Part shown: positions 25,451 through 38,775 of the stretch, in pieces | Position numbering within the stretch: position 1 is the first letter of the stretch | How the letters are laid out: every line of letters begins with the position of its first letter | Assembly: GCA_013239625.1 (NCBI GenBank) | Contig: MU054400.1 | Coordinates: 4,093,802 to 4,157,801, forward strand | DNA length: 64,000 nt | Source: Lama guanicoe | Taxonomy: Eukaryota | Reading direction: 5' to 3' | Position numbers and translations under genes: made by a program | The notes under the pieces: generated by a model | The model's input: the letters and a program-made list of their open reading frames with translations, nothing else | What the model was told of the DNA's origin: nothing | The model's database searches: none

Positions 25451-26004
25451 ATCCATTGAACTTCTGAGCTGCAAACGATAGAAACCAATTTAAGCAGATG
25501 GGACATTCATTCTTTTGGGTATGGGGTGGCTCATGGAAATGACAGGAAGGCTGAAAAATGAGGCTCAGGGAATGGCCAAGAACAAAAATGGACTGGGCAC
25601 AGGAACCACAGCCAAGGCTGTGGGGGAAGGTGGCAGTGGATTAAGCTTCCGCCAATGGGCACATTTCCTGTCCCCACTGCACTGCTCCCAAGGGTCACCA
25701 GGCTCTCGAACAGCGCAGCCTAGAAAGTGGCAGATGTCCACTCTGGGACCTGTCTTCTCCTTGTTGTTTTGTACCAGCTCTTTATACATTTGAAGTCTCA
25801 GTTCTTTGTACATCTTCTCTGTTGGAATTTTTGTTTCCTTCAGTTTGTATTTTGCCTTTTAACTTTGTTCAGAGTGCTTTTGGCCATATTGAAATTTTAA
25901 GTTTTCTTCAGGGAATTGCAAAATATTTTCAGGTGCTGATGGTCTGACAGTAAATAATTCTTCTTTAACTCCAGATTCTTCCATAGTGTCAGATAGCTCC
26001 TATC

Positions 26005-26397
26005 TGTGACAGTTGGTGGCAGTAATGGCCCCCAGGGATTCATGTTTCTTGTATCCAAACCCTTAGCTGTTCCCCCTCCCAGATTAATCAGGACTTGCTG
26101 GTATGACTCGCTGTGGTCAAGTAGCAAGTGCAGTGTAAGCAGAGGCTAGGAAAGTGCTCACACAGGGGGTTTGCTCCCTTGGAGCCCCACAAGCCCTACA
26201 GCACAAAAGAACCTGGAGCCTGGGCTAGCTGGCTGGGTGATGTGAAACCCAACCAGCTGACGGCAGAGATTATCCAGGTCCACCCAGATCAGGACTGCTC
26301 AGCTGACCCATGGAATTATGAGAAATGACAAGAGTTGACATTGTAAGCCACTAAGTTTTGGGGTGGCTTGTTACACAGCAAATACGAACGGATACAC
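26005..26397 (+). mobile_element. MaLR solo LTR, MLT1G/H-like
   Basis: Starts 'tgtgacag', contains 'gcagaggctaggaaagtgctcacac', ends 'taagccactaagttttggggtggcttgttacacagcaaatacgaacggataca'. Confidence 0.8.
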
Positions 26398-27139
26398 TAA
26401 CTATACATACAATTTCTTAAAAAATTCTATTAATAACAGCTCCCTATTTATTTTCTTACTATAACTTCCCAAACTATATAAACTGCAGGAGAGAATAACT
26501 CAGGACCTAGAAGAACCCACCTCTGGGTTCAATGTCTTCTGCAAAAGACACTCATTTTCTGGAAGCTCTTCATAGAGGAATGCCACTGAGAGAAGTTCCC
26601 TCTTGCCTTGAGAAGTGTTTACTTTAGGTGATCCAAAGGATCAGATAATCCATATTGCTTCTATTTTTGCAAAAGGCAGAGTAAGAAATATCCAGTTTCA
26701 TTCTTTGAAAAGCTAATGGTGTGCTCAGATCTCTCTGGTTGGACAGAGAATTCCCTGGCTCTCCTAATCTTTTCCCAATTATTTTCTCACTCCAAAAGCA
26801 TACTTGAATTTAACCTCTAGGTTGACAAATATCCATCACTGTTCCTTCTTAATCATTTAAAGTTATCTTTGCTATGATCAGAGGGTTCCATCCACAGGAA
26901 GACCAGGTCCAACATTTACTCAGCGCAACATTTTGTCTACAGAAACATGGGGGAGATGATGTGGGTGTCTTTCTAGCTGACCCCTTTAATGTCTGTCCTG
27001 AATTCAACCAGTATTCCTCTGACTGTAGGGTTGGGGAAATTCCGTCTGGTAAAATCACAGAGTGGTAAACATTAAGATACTTTGAGGCCACAAACCACAG
27101 TCTCTTTGCTCGAGGACCCAGACTTCTCGGTGACAGAGC

Positions 27140-28085
27140 TAGGGCTGAAATACTTAAAGCTATTTCCACTACTGGCTACACATCATCTCCTTAATATGGA
27201 CATACTAACACTCAGTCCTGGCCCTCTTCTCGCTCTGTGCTCTCACGTGACCCAGGTGAACTTACTCACTCCCAGATATGTAAATACTGCTTTGTGCCTC
27301 TGACTTCCAAATTTATATTTGTAAACTCCAGGCTGGTGGATCTAATTGCCTACTCACTATCTCTCCTTAGGTATTTTGCAGATGTATCTAAGTTAACACA
27401 TCCAAAACAAAACTTTAAATGTCCATCTGGTCTACCTCTCTCCACCTGCATTATCACTGCCCTTACTCAGGCCACTAGTATCACTTACGCAGACATTTCC
27501 AACAGTTCCTGTAGATGATTCTAATAGTTCCTGAATCATTTCTTTCTTCTTCTTTACTTCCCTTCTAACCCATTCTCCACACAGATCCAGAATAATCTTC
27601 TAATTATAAAAGCCAGATCATATCATAATGACTGGTTATAACCCCTTCCAGTTGCACATGGAGTAAAATCCAGAATCCTCACTGTGGCTGGAACATCCTC
27701 GTGGTCTAGCCCCTTCTCACCTCTGACTGCACCTCATCTCACTCCCACCGTGATCTCTCAGGTTCAGCCACACTGGCCTCCTTCAAGTTTCTCAAATGTG
27801 CACAATTATTTCCTGCCTCTGGGTCTCCAGCAACGGGGTCCCTCTGCTTGGAGGCACCCTTCTCTCTCTTCCTCACCTTCTAGGCCTCAGCTTAAATGTC
27901 ACATCCTCTGATGACTTGCTGTTCTTTCGGTCAGCCTTTTATTTGTTCTTTTCATAGCAGTTCTTGCCATTTGTAATTCTTTTATTCAAATGTCCTTTCA
28001 CTCAAACTCGTTTTTTGTCACTACTCTGTAAGTACTCCAAGTATGCCAAATCTGCCTTGCTTACCATAGCATCCTTGTTAAATAA
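27140..28085 (+). mobile_element. L2 LINE 3' region
   Basis: 'tgacttccaaatttatatttgtaa', 'cattctccacacagatccagaataatcttc', 'cagccacactggcctccttc', 'ggcctcagcttaaatgtcacatcctc'. Confidence 0.8.
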
Positions 28086-31000
28086 AAATCTGAAACCACC
28101 GTGCCTCCCCAACAATTATTATTATAGATTGGATTCTCATACCTCCTCAGCCAGAGGTCTTTCTTCTCTGATTAGATCTTCACAGAAAAAAATTAGTCTT
28201 TTTCTTTTTACATGGAATTCTACTTTCTTTTCACAAAAATACAAGAACTTAAGGGCTTGTTTGGCAGGAGTTATGCAGTTGGTGTATTTACTTTAGAAAG
28301 CACGCAGCTGCTTAGAAAACTGCAGAAGTCTGTAGACACATTTCCATGCCTTTAAAAAATAGCCATCCATTCTTTCGACCTCCTCTACCTTCATTGCTTT
28401 GGAGAGTCTCAATTCAAGCAGATAACATTAGAATCATTATTTCCCACACTCCGAGCTTCATGGTCTTTAATGAATGACTCCATCCCTTTACGCTCAGATA
28501 CATAATCTGTATAAATAAATCAGAATGGAATATTGCTGGAAGAGGAAGTAGAGTTTGAAGAATCCACCGAGAAGAGTCCATTTGCAAAAAGTAACTCAGG
28601 TCACATGTTTTGTCTATAGCCCAGAGGGTGACACCATGGAGGCAGGGAGCGGGGGGTTTGCACAAGAGTGCAAAGTGTACAAGAGCCTGACTCTGTACTG
28701 ACCTGGTCATCTACTTGGGTAAATTCCAAACCTGGCAGAGCTTCCTTCATTGTATATATTTCAGATTAGTCCTTCTGGAGGTGATGTGAGTTAGAGAGGC
28801 CCAAACTCATGATTTGTTCAAATGGACATCATTTTCAAAAAATAATCACATCCCTAAATTTCTAAAAGCAGAGCTCTCCAGTACACTCCTGACAATAGGG
28901 GCACAGCCTGAATATTGCTTGCAGTATTTCCTGGGCACGTAACTCCCCGCGAAGCTGAAAGGAAGGAAAGAATTGGAGAGCAGTGTCTATAAAGAGAGTG
29001 ACCAGTACATCACCAAAAAAGGCGAGAGGAACCATCCATCCCAAATTCACCACCTAAGACTTTCTTGGACTTCTCAGATTTGCAGGACACACACATGTCT
29101 GTTTCATCTGTGCCAGATAACGAAGTCCCACATGCCTGCGTGTGTGAAGCTGTGCTCTTCCGAAGGATGCCTCCGGCCATGCCCTATCAGGCACTTATTA
29201 AATACTTGACACACCTTAAAAAGTAGGAAAAAAATACTCTCTGAAAGCCCAAATCAGTGTTTTCTCAGCTTAGAAAATAGATGACCTAAATCTGGCCCTG
29301 TCTGCGCCTTGTACAAGAAACCCAACCACATTTTCCATATTTTAATGCAAAACGCAGTTTCGAACACACGTTGCCACTGGCAGAGGAAAGCAAAGCAATC
29401 GCCCCACCGCCCAGTTTCACCTTGGCCTTTGCTGCAGCTGGCCTGCATTCCCCGTGGATGGATGCCACACACCTGCAGCCTTGGGCCCCTGCGCCTCCCT
29501 CCATTCCCAGGCAGCCCTGGGCTGGAGGCACCGAGAACAAGCACATGGCTCCCTTCAAGCCTCTCCCTCCCTGCCCCGAGGCCAGGCCCTCCTCTTCCTC
29601 TGCTCTGTTACCTGGCTGGCCAGAAGCCTTTGGAAGATGGCCCATCTTCACCTTCTCCCTCCACAGGGAGCAGGGGCCTGGGGCCCAGAGGACGTGGCCC
29701 CTGCTTTGCATCTGTCTCCCAGAGGAGGATTTACAGAGCCCAGTTTTGAGATTGCTTGGAGCTGGTGATCAGTGAGGTGTCTTTAGGCTGGTGGAACCAA
29801 CTGTGCTGGCTTGGTCAGTGAGCCTGGACTAATGCCATTCTGGGCTTCCTTTTGTTCGCTTTAGGAGGACACGGTCAGGGTGCGGGACGGGCCTCCGGCG
29901 GGATTGCTGGCGCCGTGGAGACGATTCATTAGCCTATGAGCTGCCGGACCTCAGCTGTTCTCTCCAGCGACGAGTGTGACAAGGAGGTATTTGTTGAGGT
30001 GATGGGGCTTGAGTGGGCCTCAGGCCAGAGCCCCCACCCTCCGGGGAACAGCCTTCCAGCCCTGAAAGGCAGTAGTGTCCACAGTGGCTTTAATGCTGTG
30101 TCCTTTCAACCTGAAAAGTCCAACCAACTTCTCTTAATTCCACTTTGAAGTTTTGGCAGCTGGAGTGACATCCCTCAGGGATACTGGAGGCCAGGTACAC
30201 ACCACATGGGGGGGTCAAAAGCTGCTTTTGAAGATCCCCACCACGGGTGGGGCTTCTTGCCTTTGTCCGTGTGGTCAGTCACCCTGCCGGGATGGAGTTT
30301 GCTTGGGAGCGTGTGGTGGTCTTGGGTCAGAGCCACCGGTCTCCAGGGCTAAGGCCCACATACCTTTGCAACTGATTTTGTCAGCAAATGCCCTGGATTA
30401 CTGTTCCCTGGTAAGTCCTCTTAGAGGTTCAGGGACTTTTGAGATTTTGAATTTCTAATTTTTGAAACTCCTAGTATTTCAGAAAGGAAGAAATGCCAAA
30501 TAGGTCTTAAAAAAACCCATGATATATTTTAAGTGTTTAATCTAGTTGGTGTATTTCCAGAATTGTATGATATCCCTTGTTAGAAATGACAGCAAAGACG
30601 ACATTGGGGATCTCGTGACTGTGACAATTGAGCCCAACAGTCACTCCATCTTCGGCAACTCCCTGCCAGACTCCAGCCTGCCCTCCCTCCCCCTGAAGGC
30701 TGTGGCTCCTGCTCTAGACTGCTTACGGGCACTTTGGTAGCACCCCACAGAGAAGAGGTACCTTGGTGGCCCTGAAGATCCAAGAAATTTTTCAGGCGGG
30801 AGTTTGCACTTTACTATTTGAGGTTGATGACTTCCCAGGTAAGTTTAGCCCATGGTGACTGCCGTTTCCTGTTTGGTTTTGAACTTCACGTTTGCAAGGG
30901 GAGCAGGGATGCCAGTGGCAGTCCCGGCTCAGGTACCCTACTGCCCAAGGCACGCTACCCACCACTGCAAGTTCTCTCAAGACTCCACGAGAAGGAAGAG

Positions 31001-31109
31001 TGTCTTCTCTCTGAGGGCTACCCTTTACTAGAGCAAGCCATTTTCCACGGTGGTGGTCCCAGGACCCCCTTGCAGAGGGTGAGTCTGGAAAGGATGACTG
31101 TGCTGAATG

Positions 31110-31416
31110 CACATTCCCTCTACTCTCCCTCAGTTCCAGTTCCCAGGGAGCTAAGCAGCTCGTGTGACTAATTCCGACCAGTAGGTTGTGGGTGCACGTG
31201 GTCTGTGTCATTTCTGGGCTAAAGGGTAGAAATATCACCTTCTCAGCTGTATCTTCCCTTCCTATGGGAACCAGGGATGTTTTAAGTGGTAGCCAGAGTG
31301 AAAACCCCCTCCCTGCCGTAGACCTGAACATACAGCAGAGTGAGAAATAAACTTTCAGCTTGATTTCAGTGCTTACTTGTTACCACAACATGGCTTAACC
31401 TGTCCTCACCAAAACA
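31110..31416 (+). mobile_element. MaLR LTR fragment, MLT1J-like
   Basis: 'gagtgagaaataaactttc...cttgttaccacaacatggcttaacctgtcctcaccaaaaca' matches the MLT1 3' end. Confidence 0.6.
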
Positions 31417-34189
31417 CTTTTTCAACGTAAATTTTATTTAAATGATCCAATCAAAATATTTAAAATACTCTTATGTATGCATATTATTGTATATGTAAAT
31501 ATATATATTTATACTCCTTGGTTCCAGCAAGGATTCCTCAAGTCAGGACTGCATAACTATAGCAGTTGCAGTTTTATCTTTTCTACAGCTTTTTCCCCCC
31601 AAATGATTTGTAGTTGTATGTGCAACACTTTGCCCTGAGATGTGTGCTCTACAATAAAAACCAAATCTAACACATTTTGAAAAAAATTAATTTAATTAAT
31701 TAGTTAATTAAATTAATTTAAATGAAAAGATTTGGGCTCATAAAATTCTTCCTGTGCAACAAACAAAATGAAACACAAATTGGCATCTTTTAAATGTTTG
31801 CATGTATTAAGCACATGATGCTAAGATTGTCACCTAATGTGGGCAGTGGGATTAGGAGTCTGTAAATCAAATTTTCTCTGCAGGGAATAAAGCCTCAAAC
31901 AGTCTATGGTCCAAGGAAGCTTAGAAGAGCAGAAAAGATCTAGAATAAGAATTGGGAGATTTAGAGGCCATGGATATTTAGGATCAGTCTCTGAAATGAG
32001 TCTTAACTCACTGTCCAGGGTCCGTCCTCACTTACTCAATCCCACTTGGTCTGCCCCCTTCTGAACTGCTATTTGCAGTGGTTCTCTGTGCTTGACCTTA
32101 GTTACATTCCGTCTCACGTTTTTCATCCATTTGTTCCAAAGAGATCTGCTGAGCCTGGGTTTGGATCCCATGTGAAATGTTGGGAACACAGGATCTAAGC
32201 TCATCCTTAAAGATCTGACAGTCTAGTGAGATGTGCATGTGCAGTCTGTTCAGGGTTTCACAGTTAGTAGATTTGCTCCCTCCTCAGGGGGAAGAATTTT
32301 GTTCTTCATTTATCTTCCACATGCCCCGGCACATCACTGGCCGTGTGGAGGCTGTCTCATAGATAGTTGGCGCGTGCCTCTGCTGGGCACACTTACCAGC
32401 CAGTGGGTCTCTCTTGATCTTTATTGACATCCATTCCCAAAGTAAAAGGGTCCCCCTGGTTTTAGTTCAGATCCATTTTCCCATCCTGGATTACCAAGGT
32501 CTGCCTTGGGTTGCTTTATGCTATGTAATTCTGGCAAAGTCACCTCCATTTTCCATCCCTAAAACTCACTCAAGGACATCCAGGGTTTATATTCGATAAC
32601 CAACAGATGGGTAAACTTGTGCATGTGCAGGGGTGAAGGCTGTGAGGCGGAAAAATAACTGGCAGTCATCTGACCTGCTCATTCACAAGCTCTCTTAAAG
32701 TGTCATTAACATGAAATGCAGCATTTCGTAGGAAGACCATCCCAAACATCCCCCTTTTCTTCATCACTGGCATTCAACTTGAAATGTACTCTTTGCACGT
32801 CCAAGTCAAAGCAAGACTTTTCCAAGTGTCAGCATCGCAAGCTCGAGCTAGTTCTTGGCAGTGAGCTGGCTTTCCTTTCGCCCCTGGCAGAGGGTTAGTA
32901 ACCAAAGTGCAGCTAGCTGAGCAGGGCCACGCCAATGGACCGGGGCCTCCCCAGGTGTGAAAGGGCACCTGGGGCCCAGTCTGCCCAGTCCTGTAAAGAC
33001 AGCTGCCCCTAGTCCCCACTGGTGTCAGGTGCACAGTCAGGATGACGTAGCTATATCCTCAAAAAAAAGAAATTTGTAGGACAAAGGGCTAACGTGTTCT
33101 CTCTGCAGCTACATGAGCTGAAAGGGGCTGCAGGCAAACAACCAGAGTTTCTCAGAGGGCTGTACCAATGAGATACAGAAAGAGAGCCCCAGCAGAGGAG
33201 CGCAGCTCACGGCCCGTGCGCGCCAAGCCCCGTCAAGTAATCCTTTGCAAACCCGATGGTAATCAGTGCCACCCAAGGGCCCCAGATGTGCCAAGAAAAA
33301 CCTCTTGCACCTTTGGCTGAATGTGGCTCGAGACTAGCATTTGGTGAGAGTATCTGTTGTTTCTGGGCGCTCCAGACTGCCGAATACAAAAGTGACTCTT
33401 TTGATATTGATAAATGATGTGACACATGATTCGCCCCATAGAAATTGTGCAAATCCTTAATTATGAGGGCACTTTCTCAGGGACACATTAGAATATTCTG
33501 CTAAATTGTGTTGCAGTCTTCACCTTTGCCAAGGCTTTTGTAACACTGCACAGTGAGCTGCCCTTAGAAGTTTTTGCTTTTGTTTGTAAATCATCAGTTC
33601 AACTTGCATTTAGGAGTCCAGGAATTAAAAAGAAAAAAGCAGTCCAGAAAAAAATTACATAGAGCGAAATTCCTAAAGTAGGGGTTTTTTTCCCCCCTTT
33701 TGGTGAACGGGTCACAAGCTTGCAATTCTAAACAATCTCACAATTAATTCTTGAGCTGTGCCGTCCAATTAGAACAAATGCGTCCTTTCTGGTTTAATTA
33801 GAGATGAGTATGCGCCTGTGAGCTTATTTGTATAAAATAAGTGCTCATTAAACAAGGTTTGGATCAAGTTCAGCTTGTTAGAAATGCCATGAAAAGGGAG
33901 CTTTCTCTCACTGTCTCTGGCCCCTTTAACCCCTTCAGTGCCCAGAATGAACTCAGATGCGAAGAATATAAAGAGTATCTTTGCGGAAGGCTGGTGAACT
34001 TGAAAGAGGTGATGGGCTTGTTGGAGCTGTTGGTAAGCAAGGCCATCCTCTCATCCCAGCATCTTTCTGTCCTTTCCCCAGGCCGCTGGCGGAGGGAACT
34101 CGAGCTGGGGGGCGGGGCGGGCAGTGATGAAGGCCACTCCAATCGTAGGAAGAACAGGCTTCTGTCTGATGCGTGTCCCTTCGAGTCTC

Positions 34190-34350
34190 ACTGCTCAGAG
34201 TGGGAGCTGTGGGCCAGCCGCAGCAGCGTCGCCTGGCAGCTCATGAGAGCTCAGAATCTCGGCCCACCCTTCCCGAGACCTATGAGATTCTGCATTTTCT
34301 CAAAGCCCCCAGGTGATTTGTGTGCACACTCCAGCTTGAGGAGCCCTGGT
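34190..34350. mobile_element. MER5A-like hAT DNA transposon
   Basis: 'cagaatctcggcccacc...attctgcattttctcaaagcccccaggtgatttgtgtgcacactccagcttgaggagccctg'. Confidence 0.8.
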
Positions 34351-35774
34351 CTAAAGGCAGCAAATGATGGAGACTTTATTTTAAAAGATGAAGGCCTCCT
34401 TGGGAGCCCCTGTGAATGTCACTTCACTTGAAGAGAAGATTGACATTCTGGCCCCCTCTCTATGGTGGGGGGGGTTGCTGCGTTGAACCCCCTTGAAACT
34501 CTCTGCTACAGACTCAAATGAGTCCCCTCCTGCATCATCCTGTAGTAACTTACCAGGACTAAAAGGATCCAGGTTAAGGGTCAGCCCCTCACCATATCTG
34601 TGCTTGGGCCCCTTACCCACCTCTTCAGCCCCTGCTGGCTCTCTGGCTACAGGGAGAAAAAGTTTCTGCCCTTCAGGGGCTCCCACTCTCATGGGCTGAT
34701 GCTGGAGGGAGAGGGAAGAGTGGAAAAAGACATAGGACTCCCAGGCCTAAGAAGCCACCAGCAGTAGACTGATCAGGACAGCCAGTGTTAGAAAGGCCAC
34801 ATGTCTCCGGGAAGGAGGGAGCCTGCCTTGGCGGGAAGCCACCACGTGTAGCATCCATGTGCCAAGAGACAGCATCCAAGACTGCAGGTGCATTAAAGAC
34901 AATTTGACCTGCCAAGCGTGTCAAGTGCCGCCTTGATAGATCATTCTGCTCAGCAAGAGTTTATCCATTTTTTCCTCATTAATTTTGTCAGAAAGGAAAA
35001 TGTGGGGATAATGAAATGTCAGCCTCGAGACCGCTACAAAGTGGCCGGAGGAGCTCTAAGTTCCCTCGCACTGTTCAGCTCTGGCCCTTTTTATCTAAGA
35101 GCCTGATGGAGAGAAGACACTGATATGCTCCTGCTTCACCATGTGGTGCCTGGAACACAGTTGTGCAGGGAGTAGCAGATCTAAAATTTCTGTCCTTCCA
35201 TCCCAGACTCTGAGACTAATGTCACTGTTAATCAGGGGACACTGAAGGAGCTCAGAATAGCAGGTAAATGGTCAGCAATTAGCCTCATAGCTGGCCTGGG
35301 TCTGCCTCGGTACTCTGCTTACTGCCACTGCCCTGGTGATGGACTCAGTCCTGCAGCCCTCCCAACACCGACTTGATGCTGGGGCAGAACCACGGACATC
35401 TCTGCATAGTCTCAGCTGCTGCTCCCTAACCCTCAGCTCCAGCAGATAAAATGCCCTATCTCCCCGATTCCTGCTCCCTCTTAGCTTTTGTTGGGGAAAC
35501 AAGAACCTGGAGAAACACCAAGAAGGGGAATGGGGAAGGAAGCATCGCTCCCTCTCAGTACGTCTGACTTCCTTAAGATCATAATGAATGTGTCACACAT
35601 CAGCCCATCTAATGGGGATGGGGTGGTGGGAGGCGATGTGGGAGACGCAGGCTCAGCTGAGGTGACACTAAATCTGGAAGGGTCAAAAATAGGGAGCTGG
35701 CTTCAGGTAACCATGTCGTTTGCTGGAAACCTTGAACGTCATTTTGAAAAGTTCGTTTGGAGTTCTGGTATGAG

Positions 35775-36340
35775 AGTTTAAAAATAAGTTTACTATTTAA
35801 AAAGATCACATAAGCAAAATATGTTCAATGTTTAAAAATAAGAAAATAGAGTTTAAATGATCAAACATCACTCATTAATCCACCATTTGTAGCACTTGGG
35901 TTTATTATCTCCTTCCACATTTCATATTGAGAGAGGTAAATATGGGGAGAAACTCGTAGATTTAGATATAGAATAAAGTGAAGTCAGTGCACATACTCAT
36001 TTGAATGTGCTTTTTAGTTAATCCTGTATCTGGAATGTACAATATCATTTAAAATGACTGCATAGTTTTGTGTATCATACATATATTACAGTTATTACAG
36101 TAGGTTTGCTGTTATTGAATATTTAGGTTATTATCTATCTATCACCTATTTATGGTTTACTTTGTTAAATAGTATTAAACTATTCCTGAGGGTTAAATCT
36201 TTGCACATATCTTTAATAATTTCCTTGGAATGAACAACTAAATCTATAATTGATTGGTTACAGAGAATTTGTATTTTAGGAATTTTGAATCTTATTACCA
36301 AATTGTCTTCTGGAATGCTTGAACTGATTCGTACTCCCTT
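35775..36340 (-). mobile_element. Old L1 3' region (L1ME-like)
   Basis: AT-rich; 'ttattgaatatttaggtta...taaatctttgcacatatc...ttaccaaattgtcttctggaa'. Confidence 0.55.
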
Positions 36341-36879
36341 GTAAAAAAGGCCTTTCTCACACTAGCCAGTGGTTTTTGGGAAAAAAAAATCTCAGTGGTT
36401 CGGTCCAACAACTGGAGTCAACTTTTACCATAGTTCTACCCAGGACCCTCCTGAGGCTCTCCTTCAATCCAAGATAAGAGAAAATCTGAGTCTTCAAGAG
36501 CCTAGAACCCAGATGATGGCATCTGGAAGCCTTGCTGTTATTGCTGGTCTTCCTAACTATGTGGGAGAGCAAATGAAACAATGGAAGCTGGGGCTCTGGA
36601 GGGGACCTGGTGTGGGTCAGTTGACTGTGATGTCTGAGCACCAGCCATAGACCCCTCCCACAGATTCCATAGCTGCCTGAGAGCCACAGCCTCTGATGGC
36701 AAGAAAAAGTGCAAAAGTTTGCTGTACTCAGGAAGGAAATCAACCCAGGGAGGAAGACCAATGAGATGGATCAACCAGAGTAGAAGAAACAAAAGAATGC
36801 TTCACTTAAAAAAAAAAAAAAGTAAACTCTCAGGGAATTACAGTCACAGAGCACCCTCCCCAAAGAATTTCTAACTAAA

Positions 36880-37700
36880 ATATGTTTTGCAAATTAAAAT
36901 AATTAATAGAAGAACTGAGAAAGAAAATAATCACTGCTGATGACTAAATTCAATATTTCATAAAGGAAAAATGCAAAATAAAGGAAGGAAAGAAGAAAGA
37001 AGAAAAGAAAGCAATGAGTGAAATTATAAGAGACCTGGAGAATTAAGAAGACTTTTTATGCAATATTGAGGAATTTCAATAGGAAAATGGAAGAGATATA
37101 GAAGTTATAAATAAATGATAAATCATTCTGAACTAAAAAAAAAATTCAGTGTTGAAAAAGAAAGGGTGACATGCAGGATTAATAACAGCATTAATGATAA
37201 TGATCATAACAATACAGACCAGACTGGAGCTGGCCAGGAGAACTTTCTGCAATGATGGGATGTTCTGTGCTGTTTAAAACGGTAGCTGCTAGCCACACGG
37301 GGCTACTAAGTGTTGAGGAACTCACTTTTAAATTGTATTCATTTAAATTAATTAACGTGTACATTCAAATAATCATCTGTGGTTAGTCAGTATGACACAG
37401 AGCAGCTCAGATCTAGATATTTCCTGATGAAATTTCTGAAATGTAAGCATCAATGTAAAAGCTTAAAAACTACCAGGCAAATATAAATGCTTCACTTCAA
37501 AGTACGGGGAATCAGATTAGTATTGGATTTCTCACCTGCAATACTAGAAGTTAAGAGAAAATAGAAGCATATTGACAAACTATTAAAAGAAAATGTGATT
37601 TAAAAATGCCTCTATTCTGCCAGGATGTCATTCTTATCTAAGGACCAAAAAAAGGAGACTTTCAAGTATGTAACTACTCAGAAAATGTAACATCTTTATC
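36880..37700 (+). mobile_element. Decayed L1 ORF1 / HAL1-like sequence interrupted by MER3
   Basis: A-rich; 'aatcagattagtattggatttctcacctgcaatactagaag' reads IRLVLDFSPAILE, resembling the ORF1 motif IRLxxDFS. Confidence 0.55.
37225..37410. mobile_element. MER3 hAT-Charlie DNA transposon
   Basis: 'agaactttctgcaatgatgggatgttct...cggtagctgctagccacacgggctact...gaggaactcacttttaaattgtatt'. Confidence 0.8.
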
Positions 37701-38189
37701 TGAAGAAAAACTCAAGGAAGTACTTTGAAATATTCATAAATGAAAGCAGAATGAAGACTTACATTCAGGGAAAATAACATTGTCAAGAAATTTTGGTTCG
37801 TTAATGAATCTTATAGAAAGGATGAGTTGTGACTAGAAACTGATTTAAATATTAAAGTTTCCTCAACCACAAAAATTAGGAAAATCAATAGTAACGTGGC
37901 AATGGTAAAACTATAGTATCTCTGTGCATAAAGATATAATTCATGGATGAAGATTGAATTTGTCTTTGGTTAGAATAAAATTCTAATAAATTTTAAGTAA
38001 GAGCTTTTGTAGGTCACATTCTTTGATCATATCCTTATCCCCACACCCTCAAACAGAGAAGAGCTCTAGCAAAAAGATCTTACCCAAAAGCTTAGTTAGT
38101 TGAAATTTTGGAAACATTTATCTATATAACTTCACAGATGAAAGAATAAATAAATATTGGAATTAGAAATTCTATACAAAAATTATCTG

Positions 38190-38775
38190 TTAAAATTAAA
38201 AATCCCCCCAAATAATCTTTGTTTTCAGAAAATATTAATGTGTTCCTAAAAAACTTGGAAGACTATTAAAAAACCACTTAGAATTCATGAGCTTCTGATA
38301 AGGCATTTTGTATATACATATAAATACACAAAATCAATAGTCCTTTCTTCTGATATAGCAATAACTAGTTAAAGGAAAGGGGAAAATCCTATTTACAAAA
38401 CATACAAACACTATAAAATACCCAGGGATAAATTTAATAAGAACAAATGATGCTATAAACTTTACTGAAGGACTTAAAACAAGGTGGAAACAAATAGGGA
38501 AACATACCACGTTCTTTGAGGAAACGCTTAACATCTTAAATCTGGACCCTCATGAAATCACTGGCTACATGAAAGGCACTTCCTGTCAGAATCCCTCTTC
38601 TTTTTCTGTGGGGCATTAGGAATCGTACCTCTTTATTTGGAATATATATGAAAGTACAAATGTGTAAGAATTTCTAAGAAAAATTTGAAAAAGGAAAATA
38701 CTGAGGAGTGGCAGAGGTGACTTGCTGAGCCAGATACCATAAAACTTCTGGAATCAAAAGAGTATGGCTCTGAAA
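38190..38775 (+). mobile_element. Old L1 ORF2 fragment (RT and downstream)
   Basis: 'ataaatacacaaaatcaatagtcctttct...atcctatttacaaaa...ataaaatacccagggataaatttaa'. Confidence 0.75.

Noticed and set aside
30546..30740. Protein-like stretch 'NDSKDDIGDLVTVTIEPNSHSIFGNSLPDSS' after an acceptor-like site
   Set aside because: I do not recognise the peptide and see no convincing in-frame donor before the stop. A tblastx search would settle it.
33085..33350. Strong branch point and acceptor 'ctaacgtgttctctctgcag'
   Set aside because: Only weak donors downstream and no ORF support; isolated splice sites are common by chance.
33841..34431. 196-aa ORF
   Set aside because: GTG start, runs through a MER5A-like element, no recognisable protein similarity.
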